DNA from: Promethearchaeota archaeon
Lineage (GTDB): Archaea; Asgardarchaeota; Lokiarchaeia; Sigyniarchaeales; SOKP01
Reading direction: 5' to 3'
Length of the DNA stretch: 64,000 bases
NCBI GenBank assembly: GCA_048937405.1
Contig: JBHLNF010000009.1
Location: 139,096 to 203,095 of the forward strand
The position numbers were made by a program, and so were the translations under genes. Positions 20,073 through 29,885 of this stretch are shown here, piece by piece (the stretch's first letter is position 1; the number at the start of each line of letters is the position of its first letter). The notes under the pieces are model-generated. The model worked only from the letters and a program-made list of their open reading frames with translations, was not told the DNA's origin and searched no databases.

Positions 20073-22016
20073 TTACTCCTCCTTCTCGATTGCTTTATTT
20101 GGGCAAATTTCTTCACATATCCCACATCCTAGACATAAATTTGGATCAATAAATGCAAATTCTTCTTTTGAATCAATGGCAGGACATATTAATTTATTAT
20201 AACATAGCCCACAATTATTACATAATTCAGGATTAACATATCTTATCGTTGGAGCCTCTCTTTTAATTGTTTTTTGTTTACACTCATCCCTAATAAGAAT
20301 AACATGCAATCTTTTATTTTCTATCACATCAACTCCTTTTTCATAAATAAGTTTTGTTAGATTTGATAAATATTTTTCATCAGCATTTTCATAATGATTA
20401 ATTGTAGTAATACTCGCACCTGTACCATGTAAGAAATCTTCCAAATTTATTGCTTCTTTTGATGGTCCCTCCTTATAGTAACGGGTATCACTCCCTGGAT
20501 TTGGTTGTTGTCCTGTCATTCCAATCCATCCATTATCTAGTATTAAAACTAAAATTGGAGTTTTATTATATATTCCATTTATTAGCGCAGGTATTCCAGA
20601 ATGAAAAAAAGTTCCATCACCAATAATAGCTATATTAAGACTTTCGCTTGTTCGAGCAACTCCTTGAGCTAAGGCAATACTAGAACCCATACAATATTTA
20701 ACATTAGCAAAAGAAAAAGGAGGTAAAGCTAAAAGTGTATAACATCCAATATCTTGATAAAAATAAATATCTTTTCCTTTTTTTAATTTGATTTTTTTAA
20801 CAGCTTTTTGTAGAGCATATCCTGTTGTTCTGTGGGGGCATCCCGCACATAATACGGCTTGTCTTGCCATTAAATTATACTTTTTCTTATTAATTTGCCC
20901 TAAATCTATTTTTGGTTTTAAATTTATTATTTTCACTAACGCTAGAGCAACTTTGGTAGGATTTAACTCTCCTACCATAGATAATAAAGTACTTTCTTTA
21001 GAGTATGAAAATGGGTCTTTCCCATGAATTTTTACATTAATTCTATTTTTTTGGGCAATTGCAAGTATTTGTGTTTCAATAAAGCTGTCATTTTCTTCAA
21101 TTACAAATATCTGTTTAAATTTCCTTAAAAATTCAACCACTTTTCTTTCTGGAAGTGGATTTATAAAGCCAATCTTGAGTATTGGAGCTTCAAGTTCTAA
21201 AAAATCTAAGGCTTCATTTGTATAACTATATGATACACCACAGGTGATAATTCCTAAATCATATTGATTTTTTGAGTTTTCATTTACAATTTTGTTCAAT
21301 GAACTATTTTCTGACATCTCTAATGCTCTTTTAAGCCTATTATATATTTGGTCCTCTTTTAACTCTAAAAAATAAACTCTTGAAGCAACGTTAACTTCCT
21401 TAGATAAATCAAAGTTCTCTTCCATCCCTGAAGGTTTTATCTCTCCAATTACCACATTACTTCTGGCATGAGAAATCATTGTAACAGTTCTTAGAATAAC
21501 TGGAAGTTTCAACTCTTTTGAAATATTGAATGCTTCTTTGGTAAATTCCAAGCATTCCTGAGGATTACTCGGTTCTAACGCCGGGATTTTAAAGATTTTT
21601 AAGAAATAACGTGAGTCCATTTCTACAGCACTCGAATACTGCTGAGGATCATCTGCAACTAAGATGACCATAGCAGAATTCTCATTCTTCGGACGTGTAG
21701 TAGCAAGAGCAAATAATGGATCAGAGGCAACATTCAATCCTGCATTTTTCATTCCTACCATAGCTTTTGCTCCTCGAGCATAAGCAGCACCTGCAACCTC
21801 TAATGCAACCTTTTCATTGATACTACACTCTACCCATCTCATTCCCACTTCTCTAAAAAATTCTATAAAATTCTCTCCCACTTCTGAGCTTGGTGTACCT
21901 GGATAAAAAGTATAAATATCAATCCCGCTTTCTATAGCACCACGTACTATCGCTTCGTTCCCAAGAAAGAATTTTTCTGTCCCCGGTTTACCCTTTACAA
22001 TTTTATTATAACTCAT
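20073..22016 (-). CDS. iorA: indolepyruvate:ferredoxin oxidoreductase alpha subunit
   Basis: LGNEAIVRG, YPGTPSSE, NEKVALE, LCAGCPHR, GDGTFFHSG TPP motif, C-terminal ferredoxin; start taken as ATG 22016. Confidence 0.93.
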   Translation of the reverse strand: MSYNKIVKGKPGTEKFFLGNEAIVRGAIESGIDIYTFYPGTPSSEVGENFIEFFREVGMRWVECSINEKVALEVAGAAYARGAKAMVGMKNAGLNVASDPLFALATTRPKNENSAMVILVADDPQQYSSAVEMDSRYFLKIFKIPALEPSNPQECLEFTKEAFNISKELKLPVILRTVTMISHARSNVVIGEIKPSGMEENFDLSKEVNVASRVYFLELKEDQIYNRLKRALEMSENSSLNKIVNENSKNQYDLGIITCGVSYSYTNEALDFLELEAPILKIGFINPLPERKVVEFLRKFKQIFVIEENDSFIETQILAIAQKNRINVKIHGKDPFSYSKESTLLSMVGELNPTKVALALVKIINLKPKIDLGQINKKKYNLMARQAVLCAGCPHRTTGYALQKAVKKIKLKKGKDIYFYQDIGCYTLLALPPFSFANVKYCMGSSIALAQGVARTSESLNIAIIGDGTFFHSGIPALINGIYNKTPILVLILDNGWIGMTGQQPNPGSDTRYYKEGPSKEAINLEDFLHGTGASITTINHYENADEKYLSNLTKLIYEKGVDVIENKRLHVILIRDECKQKTIKREAPTIRYVNPELCNNCGLCYNKLICPAIDSKEEFAFIDPNLCLGCGICEEICPNKAIEKEE

Positions 22017-22185
22017 AGGTATTAAAAAAAAAAAATCGTAATTTATGATTAACAAAGACCATTATTGCTTATAATTTATCACGTTAAGAATTATATCTTA
22101 CCTGACTAAATTTTTATGGATTAGTCAATCTAAATATCTTGATTAATCAATACTATTTATAAGAATTATTTAATTTTAAAGAAGC

Positions 22186-22833
22186 ATGGAATTTTTAATT
22201 ATTTTCATAACATATGGGCTTTTATTTCTTGGTGAACTTGGAGACAAGACACAGTTAATTGTATTTAATCTAGCTTTAGAATATAAGAAGTTTTATAAAG
22301 TTGGAATAGGAGTTACTCTTGGATTTGCAGTTTTGGTAACAATCGGTGTTTTTTTCGGAGTAGTTATTACTCAATTTGTCCCAATTTTCATAATTTCAAT
22401 AATTTCTGGAATCGTATTTATCACAATAGGGATTTTAGAAGCAACAAATATCAAGAAACTCTATCTAGAGAGAAATTCTAAAGATCCTAACATTGCAAAT
22501 AGTGAAAATAACCAAGATAGTATTGAAGATAAGAAAGAAATACCATCAATATTATCAAAATTTAAAAATAATCCATATATTGCGGGTTTTATATATATAT
22601 TTTTAATGGAGTTAGGAGATAAAACCCAAATTTTAACAATTACTCTTGCTTCCCAATATGGACTCCCTCTTGAAGTATGGTTAGGATCTTTTTTCGCTCT
22701 AATTTCTGTGGCATGGATAGGAATTCTTTTTGGAGCTTTTATTTCTCAAAAGGTGTCAAAATTTTATTTAAAATTAATTTCTACGTCAATTTTTATTTTT
22801 GTTGGGATCTTAATCTTAATAATTTCTTTATGA
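22186..22833 (+). CDS. TMEM165/GDT1 (UPF0016) Ca2+/Mn2+ transporter
   Basis: Two ELGDKTQ motifs. Confidence 0.92.
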   Translation: MEFLIIFITYGLLFLGELGDKTQLIVFNLALEYKKFYKVGIGVTLGFAVLVTIGVFFGVVITQFVPIFIISIISGIVFITIGILEATNIKKLYLERNSKDPNIANSENNQDSIEDKKEIPSILSKFKNNPYIAGFIYIFLMELGDKTQILTITLASQYGLPLEVWLGSFFALISVAWIGILFGAFISQKVSKFYLKLISTSIFIFVGILILIISL

Positions 22834-23065
22834 ATTCTTTTTAATCTTTATTCTAGTATCATTGTTTGGGGTCGAAGAAATAAATAAAATTAATTTTAAA
22901 ATATTTATATAAATCAAAATAATTTTTCTTATCACTTGATTATTCTTATTTTACTAAAATGTAAAAAATTAAGTTAAATATTTATATCCGTACTTTTTAA
23001 GATTCCTTACGTAATGAAATCTTATTAATAAATGAAATAAAATTTTTGAACTAAGGTAATTAAAA

Positions 23066-24688
23066 ATGAGATTTAGAAAAGACAAAACAACTACTATCTT
23101 TCTTCTAGTATCGTTAATATCAATTAGCATCATAAATAGTAGTTTTATCTTATATAAACCTACTAGAGTTTCCAAAAATCAAGAAACTGATGAACTAATG
23201 TATGAAAATCTTAAACTTTCATTAATTCAAGATTGGAATACATCTTGGGATATCGGAGATAACGAGTATGGATATGGTATTGCTGTAGAGGAATCAACTG
23301 GAGCAATTTATGTTACAGGATATAATGAATCAACTGAAAGTGACGTGGTTTTAATAAAATATGATAACAATGGAGAAGAGCTTTGGAATGTTACATTCGA
23401 TAACGGAGATAATGAATTTGGATATGATGTAGCAATAGATTCTTTGGGAAATGTTTATGTTGCGGGTGCAAATGGAACTTTTTATCCTTATTGGGATGTT
23501 CTTCTATTAAAATATAATAGTTCCGGTCATTTCGAATGGGCACGATCCTGGAGTAGACAATTTGATGATGCTGCTTGGAGTATAGATATTGATACTGATA
23601 ATAATATTTATTTGACAGGAACCACATATACAACTTCATCTGATTTATTAATATTAAAATACGATAGTTCAGGGAACTATAAATGGAATTCAACTATTTA
23701 TGCTCCAGAATCACAAGTAGGCTATGATCTTGTTTTAGATTCAATGAACAATATTTATATAGCAGGGATTAATGGATCAATAACGACAGAATACGATGTA
23801 TATACAGCAAAATTCGATAGTTCTGGAAATCAAATATGGAATCAAACATGGGGACAATATGGATTAACGGATCAAGGATTTGGCGTAGCACTTGATTCAA
23901 ATAATAACGTTTATGTAACAGGCAAAACTGAGAGTTATGGTGCAATTGTTTATGATTATATCACCATTAAGTACGATAATGATGGCAACTGGAAATGGAA
24001 TCAAACGTGGGGAACAAATTGGGAGGATATGGCACAAAGCATTGCAGTAGACTCTGATAATAACATATATACATGTGGATATACGACAATGTGTAATGTA
24101 AGTATAGTAAAGTATAGTAATTCTGGAGATTTGATATGGGAGAAAACTTGGGCTAATAATTCTATTTATGAATATTGGTGGAACGATATGGTTATTGATT
24201 CTTTAGACAGGATTTATATTACAGGCTATAATCGTACAGATTCATTTGGAATTTATGATATTTTTACAACTAAATTTTCAATTGAATCTCCCGCAAGCTT
24301 TAATTTAACTGCGGATTGTGGAGCTATAGATGATGACGGTATTTTCAATCTAAACTGGACTTTAGCTCCAAGAGCAGTCAATTATTCGATTTACCAATAT
24401 AATACTTATATCTCTGAAATCAATGATACTTTAACATCAATAGTGAATCAGACCCAAGCATTATCTCTTCCATTAAGTGGGTATTCTAATGGTACTTATT
24501 ACTTTAAGGGTGTAGCATTCAATATTTTTGGAAATAGTTCTTCAAATTGTATTAGTGTAGCTGTCGAGATTCCTCCTGAAGATGAAGAAACTGAACCTTT
24601 TATACCAGGCTATAATTTGATGTTTGTGATAATTGGATTTGCTGCTATAGTTTCGATTTTAATATATCGACGATTAAAATTAAAATAA
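23066..24688 (+). CDS. secreted SBBP-repeat beta-propeller protein with FN3-like domain and Loki-CTERM-like sorting tail
   Basis: Repeated DSxxNxYxTG...KYDSSGNxxW; C-terminal IPGY + TM + basic tail. Confidence 0.85.
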   Translation: MRFRKDKTTTIFLLVSLISISIINSSFILYKPTRVSKNQETDELMYENLKLSLIQDWNTSWDIGDNEYGYGIAVEESTGAIYVTGYNESTESDVVLIKYDNNGEELWNVTFDNGDNEFGYDVAIDSLGNVYVAGANGTFYPYWDVLLLKYNSSGHFEWARSWSRQFDDAAWSIDIDTDNNIYLTGTTYTTSSDLLILKYDSSGNYKWNSTIYAPESQVGYDLVLDSMNNIYIAGINGSITTEYDVYTAKFDSSGNQIWNQTWGQYGLTDQGFGVALDSNNNVYVTGKTESYGAIVYDYITIKYDNDGNWKWNQTWGTNWEDMAQSIAVDSDNNIYTCGYTTMCNVSIVKYSNSGDLIWEKTWANNSIYEYWWNDMVIDSLDRIYITGYNRTDSFGIYDIFTTKFSIESPASFNLTADCGAIDDDGIFNLNWTLAPRAVNYSIYQYNTYISEINDTLTSIVNQTQALSLPLSGYSNGTYYFKGVAFNIFGNSSSNCISVAVEIPPEDEETEPFIPGYNLMFVIIGFAAIVSILIYRRLKLK

Positions 24689-24996
24689 TTTATTTATACC
24701 TTTTTTTTATTTTTGGTTATTGTCAACTTTTTTTTAGTGTAGTTATTACTCAAATTATTATAATTTTTAGGGATTTCATGTTTCTATCTCTTTTAGGACA
24801 TAGTTTATAACTATAATGTTAAAATTCTGCAAGATACTTTAATGTTAAAAGAAAATTTTATGTAAAAGATTATATCACAAATTTCTTGAAAAGTCAATAT
24901 AAAATAAAATAAGTTTAATGTTAAATTATATCTATTAATATGTGTGAAAAAGGATTTAGATAAAATCAAAATCAAGTTGATTTTATTTTCTTAAGT

Positions 24997-25350
24997 TTAT
25001 TGTTCAAAAGCTTTCTGTTTTTCAATCTTTTCTTGAGTAATAGCTTTTAACTCTTTTTGTAGAATTTTGAGTTTTTTCTGATTCAATTTTTTAAGTTCTT
25101 TCTTTAAAGGTTGTGCCGCAATAATCAAATCTCTCTTCCTTTGTTTGAACACTTTCTCTCTCGATTCCCATTCTTTAAATACCTCTTCAATCTTATAAAA
25201 TTCATCACGAATTACATTTAATTTTGACTCAATCTCATTGATCTTAGGGTCATATTCCTGATTTATCCGGGTAATAATATATTGTTCCTTTTTCTTTGCT
25301 CCTTCTTCGATTTTTTTAATTTGGTCTTTTAAGGTATTATCAATTTCCAT
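24997..25350 (-). CDS. coiled-coil hypothetical protein (paralog of 38684-39076)
   Basis: AKKKEQYIITRINQEYDPKINEIE versus AKQKEVYVRDRINKEFDLKISEVE. Confidence 0.7.
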   Translation of the reverse strand: MEIDNTLKDQIKKIEEGAKKKEQYIITRINQEYDPKINEIESKLNVIRDEFYKIEEVFKEWESREKVFKQRKRDLIIAAQPLKKELKKLNQKKLKILQKELKAITQEKIEKQKAFEQ

Positions 25351-25459
25351 TGATTTTTATTTCACCAATTATTTTTTCTTTAATCCTTTTATAATAATAT
25401 TATTATAAAAAAATTCTTAATTTTTTATGCATTAGAACAAGTTTAAAAAAATAAAAGAA

Positions 25460-25927
25460 TTATTGATTTGAATTATGTGCTTTTTCTTCTGATTTAATAT
25501 TTTTTTGGGAGAGTTCTTCAAATCTGGGTATTAATATTATCATAATTCCACTTCCAATTGCTCCACCTAAAGCTCCAAATAAAAAACCAAAGAGTATTAT
25601 CAAGATAAGAATTATTAAACCATAACCTAAACCTCCAAAGATTAATCCTGCAAATTGATCCAAATTTGTATAAAAATTCTTTGCTATCATTAAATAAATT
25701 AGATAGAAAATCCATACTAAAGAAACACCAAGAGCTCCACAATATATCCCCCGTCGCATAGTTTTATTGAATAATCCTCCTATTATACCAGGAATTATAA
25801 TTAATTGCCAAATTTCAGCATAAGTCAGAGCAAATGTTAGAAGTCCTGTAATTATAAATGCAATTAGGAAATTTCTAGTATCTGGATTTACAACTAATTT
25901 GGTCATTTTTATTTTAATTCTTAGCAC
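25460..25927 (-). CDS. membrane protein, Gly-rich helices
   Basis: About 4 TM segments; adjoins the acylase gene. Confidence 0.7.
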   Translation of the reverse strand: MLRIKIKMTKLVVNPDTRNFLIAFIITGLLTFALTYAEIWQLIIIPGIIGGLFNKTMRRGIYCGALGVSLVWIFYLIYLMIAKNFYTNLDQFAGLIFGGLGYGLIILILIILFGFLFGALGGAIGSGIMIILIPRFEELSQKNIKSEEKAHNSNQ

Positions 25928-28658
25928 CTCCTCTTTTCTCCTTAAAATCCCGAAATTTAGAACGAATTAAGTCCCTTTTATAGTATCCAACTACAATAAT
26001 TACGATACCTACTGTAAATCCTACAATTAAGGATGTTGTCAAAATAATTATAAATTCTGGATCTTCTTTATTAAGAAATCTAATTCGTGATTCAACATGG
26101 TTTTGTGGATAATCTTCCCAGGAATCATAGAAATATTGTTGATGATATTTACCTTTCAAAAATAATTCTTCAAGTTGATCAGAATAATGCTTAGAGTTTG
26201 ATATAGCTCTTTGTCCAGAAGGGATTGCACTCCAACAATTTTGTAAATCACTAAAATCAACTATGAATCTTTCAGATGCTCCCCATCTGGCATAACCAAT
26301 TCCATCTCTGATACTCACTCCTGATGGATTAACTGTATATCCTTCTCCATCTCCTTCATATGGACCTCTGTTAAGACTATCAAATCCAGGAAGTAAATGA
26401 GGAAAAAGAAGCTGATGCATATCCCCCCATCTCCAAGAATTGACATCACTAGTACCATAGAATTCTAAAAGAGATTCTATTGTGGAATCCATAGCTTTTA
26501 TAATTATTTGGGATCTATTTTCTATCTCGGGTGTGTTTATATCATCAAACCATTTAGAAGTTGGTTCATCTCGAGTTAATCCCTCTAGTACATTTAATGG
26601 TGGATTCATGGGAGCATCAGCAGCATCAAATTCATCATTAAAAGTGTAATTTTCATAAAAATCTCGCCATTTACGATAAATAGTGGGGGCTGATAAATCT
26701 TTATCCATATCATAATTCCAATTCTTTAATTGAGTTAAAACTTCTTGAATTATTTTTATTTTTTCAGAAGAAGGTAAATTTTCAATTTCATCAATAAGAT
26801 AGGGAATAAAGGCTCTTGCTGGAGTTGATTTGACGTCTAATTGAATTTCTTTCATTCTTTCAATCCCAACTGTTCCATCTGCAGAATTATTAAGTAATTC
26901 ATTGATTCTTCTCCCCCTATAACCTGAACTATAACTAGATTGAAGAGCATATTTTTTATATTCTGGACCAGCTACTATTTGATTCGCTGATTGTATATAA
27001 TGTTGTGATGAATTTTCAGTGTGTGGTAATTCTTCAAATGGAATATAGTCTATCCATTCTCCTTCACCATTAGATCCATTATATGGTAATGTACCATTAC
27101 CTAAATATCCTAAAGCTATTAAGCTGTCATCTCTAATTGGCACTAATCCAGTAGGTCTCATAGCAATAGTACCATGTACATCTGCATATACGTGATTCTG
27201 TGCAGGACAATGAAAATCTCTCGAATATTGATTGAATTGAGTTCTATCTGTCGCATGATTATAACCATACAATGCTAAAAACTCTCTAGTGATGTTATTT
27301 CCTGTCCATTTGGGTGCTAATACAATTTTTTGTGAATCTAATGAATCAGGAACTGCATCATCAAGAAAATCATTAAGAACAGGTCCATGTACAGTATCTT
27401 TAACCGTAAAAATCTGAGATCCTTTATCTTTAACATTAATAGTATAATTCCTAGTAGTATAAGGGATTTCTGTATTATTATAAATATAATGATTATCGTC
27501 GGTTTCTTCATAGTAATACCAATCCATAACATCATAGCCAGTGTTTGTAAATCCCCATGCTACGTATTCATTATGGCCAACTATAACTATATTGGCACCT
27601 GCAAGAGTAAATCCATAGACATTTAAACCTGTATCTTCAGTAATTAAATGAGCCTCATACCATATTCCAGGCATGTTCCATGCTAAATGCATATCATTAC
27701 ATAAAATTGGTTTACCTGTACTACTTTTCACACCATCAACAACCCAATTATTTGAGCCAATCGTATTCTCTTCTTGAAGTTCTAGTAACGTTTTTTCTGA
27801 AGGGATCTTCTCGATATCATTTAAAAATTTAGAAATAGTATGCATAACACTTGAACTTATCTTTAATGGACCACCATCATAGATGAGTTCCGAACTATCA
27901 TTATAGCTACCATAATTAGGGCATATAGGCACCTGACCATATGTTGCATATCCAAGTAATTCAGTGTAATTAGCACTTCCAATTCCCTCAAAAGTTTGTA
28001 ATCTATACAAATCATCATAACCCCATGTAAGCATTTTAGCCATATATTTATCAAAACATAGTGTATCTATTGGTTCCCATTTTGTAGGTTTGAATCCTAA
28101 TATTGCGTATTCTATTGGGAATTCACCTTGATGAGACTTGATATAATGATTTACTCCATCGGAATAACTCTCAAGTAAATTATAAAAATTATTTTCCCCT
28201 GCTTCTTGACTTAATTTCATATCATCAAGAGTTTTTTCTGCCCAATATTCCATTCCCATAGCAAGATTATACTTATCCTCTTCAAGAGCCAATTCACCAA
28301 CAATTTCAGAAAGTTTTCCTCTTACATTCCTACGTGCTATATCCATTTGAAATAATCGATCTTGTGCATGAACATATCCTAAGGCGAAGCTAAGATCTTC
28401 TTCAGTAGACGCATAAATATGAGGTATACCCCATTCGTCGCGATAAACGGTAACAGAACTATTCAATCCTGGAAAGTATACAGTTTCATGTTCTGGAACT
28501 TCTCCTGGAACATTCCAAAGACCTCTTCCAGGAAAAAGGATATTTCCAAGTGGTGCTATTATACTTATAAGTGGAATTGAGAGAATTGTCATAATAATGA
28601 CAGTTATAAAAATAGTAGTAACTAACTTTCCTATATTTTTTTTATTTTGAATTCTCAT
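25914..28658 (-). CDS. penicillin acylase family (Ntn hydrolase), membrane-anchored
   Basis: RDEWGIPHIYA, AQDRLFQMD, GSNNWVV, NDMHL; TM segments at both ends. Confidence 0.93.
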   Translation of the reverse strand: MRIQNKKNIGKLVTTIFITVIIMTILSIPLISIIAPLGNILFPGRGLWNVPGEVPEHETVYFPGLNSSVTVYRDEWGIPHIYASTEEDLSFALGYVHAQDRLFQMDIARRNVRGKLSEIVGELALEEDKYNLAMGMEYWAEKTLDDMKLSQEAGENNFYNLLESYSDGVNHYIKSHQGEFPIEYAILGFKPTKWEPIDTLCFDKYMAKMLTWGYDDLYRLQTFEGIGSANYTELLGYATYGQVPICPNYGSYNDSSELIYDGGPLKISSSVMHTISKFLNDIEKIPSEKTLLELQEENTIGSNNWVVDGVKSSTGKPILCNDMHLAWNMPGIWYEAHLITEDTGLNVYGFTLAGANIVIVGHNEYVAWGFTNTGYDVMDWYYYEETDDNHYIYNNTEIPYTTRNYTINVKDKGSQIFTVKDTVHGPVLNDFLDDAVPDSLDSQKIVLAPKWTGNNITREFLALYGYNHATDRTQFNQYSRDFHCPAQNHVYADVHGTIAMRPTGLVPIRDDSLIALGYLGNGTLPYNGSNGEGEWIDYIPFEELPHTENSSQHYIQSANQIVAGPEYKKYALQSSYSSGYRGRRINELLNNSADGTVGIERMKEIQLDVKSTPARAFIPYLIDEIENLPSSEKIKIIQEVLTQLKNWNYDMDKDLSAPTIYRKWRDFYENYTFNDEFDAADAPMNPPLNVLEGLTRDEPTSKWFDDINTPEIENRSQIIIKAMDSTIESLLEFYGTSDVNSWRWGDMHQLLFPHLLPGFDSLNRGPYEGDGEGYTVNPSGVSIRDGIGYARWGASERFIVDFSDLQNCWSAIPSGQRAISNSKHYSDQLEELFLKGKYHQQYFYDSWEDYPQNHVESRIRFLNKEDPEFIIILTTSLIVGFTVGIVIIVVGYYKRDLIRSKFRDFKEKRGGAKN

Positions 28659-28894
28659 TAGTGAAATTCTCTTTTTTTTTACTTTTTTTTGATAAATAAG
28701 ATTAATTACATTACAATTTCTATGAACTAATATAAAAAAGTTTAATTCTTTTCTGAAATATTTGACTTTTTAAGTGAAAAAAATAAGATGAGACATTTTC
28801 TTCTTTCTTTATTTTCAATTTTTTAAGTTCATATTTATACGTTAGATTCATTTTATAGAATAAATATCAAATATAATAATAATATGTTTTAGCT

Positions 28895-29776
28895 ATGTTA
28901 GAAAATACTAAAATAATTGTGGATCTTGAATCTTGTACTAAATGTAAGGCATGCGTGAATGTATGTCGGCATTTCATTTTTGAGTCAGATAATTTAAGTT
29001 TTGATAAAGAGGCAGATGAATTTTGTATTGAGTGTGGAAAATGTGTTGCTGTTTGCCCTGTTAATGCTATTAAACTCAAAATTCATAAAGACGAAATTCT
29101 TGAGGATGTTCCTACTGATGAATATATACCCTCTTTTAAGACTTTATCTAATCTTTTCAAAATACGAAGGTCGAGAAGACAATTTAAAGATAAAAGTGTT
29201 CCAAAAGAATTAATTGAGAAGATATTGAATGTAGCAGGGAGATATTCTGCAACAGGGCATAATGAAGAAAATGTATATTTTACTATTGTTCAAGATTGTG
29301 AAACATTAGAGAATCTTACTAATGAGATAAATAATCAGATTAAGGGACTGGTAGAATCATTTGAAGATCCTCAAAGAAAAAAATTCTTAGAAAAATCCTT
29401 TCCCTCTAATATCATTGACAGATTTAAAGATATTCTCCCTACATTTAAAAGAATATTAAAAAGAATAGAACTTGGTAAAGAAATTTGGCGTTGGGGTGCA
29501 GAAATTATAATAATCCATTCTCCTAAGACTTCAATGACATTAAAAGATAATTGTGCCTTAGCAGCGTGCCAGATTATGCTCGCTGCTGAAACATTAGGAC
29601 TAGGTACTTGCTCCTTGGGTTTTATGACTAATTTCTTTTCAACATTAAGATCAACAAGAAAAATTGTAAATCTCCCAAGAAACCATGTTGTTGGTTATAC
29701 ATTGGCAATTGGATACCCAAAAGCTCAATATCATAGAATTCCTGCTCGAAAACCTCTTAAAGCTACATGGCTTTAA
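28895..29776 (+). CDS. nitroreductase with N-terminal 4Fe-4S domain
   Basis: CTKCKACVNVC, CIECGKCVAVCP, RRSRRQF, LGLGTCSLG. Confidence 0.9.
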   Translation: MLENTKIIVDLESCTKCKACVNVCRHFIFESDNLSFDKEADEFCIECGKCVAVCPVNAIKLKIHKDEILEDVPTDEYIPSFKTLSNLFKIRRSRRQFKDKSVPKELIEKILNVAGRYSATGHNEENVYFTIVQDCETLENLTNEINNQIKGLVESFEDPQRKKFLEKSFPSNIIDRFKDILPTFKRILKRIELGKEIWRWGAEIIIIHSPKTSMTLKDNCALAACQIMLAAETLGLGTCSLGFMTNFFSTLRSTRKIVNLPRNHVVGYTLAIGYPKAQYHRIPARKPLKATWL

Positions 29777-29885
29777 AAAATTAATGCGTTGCTTAATAAT
29801 CCAAATATTTATTCCATTTTTGTTTTATATTGCTATTAGAGATTATTTCCAAGAAAAAAAAGATCCTCAAATAGAAAAAAGAGGA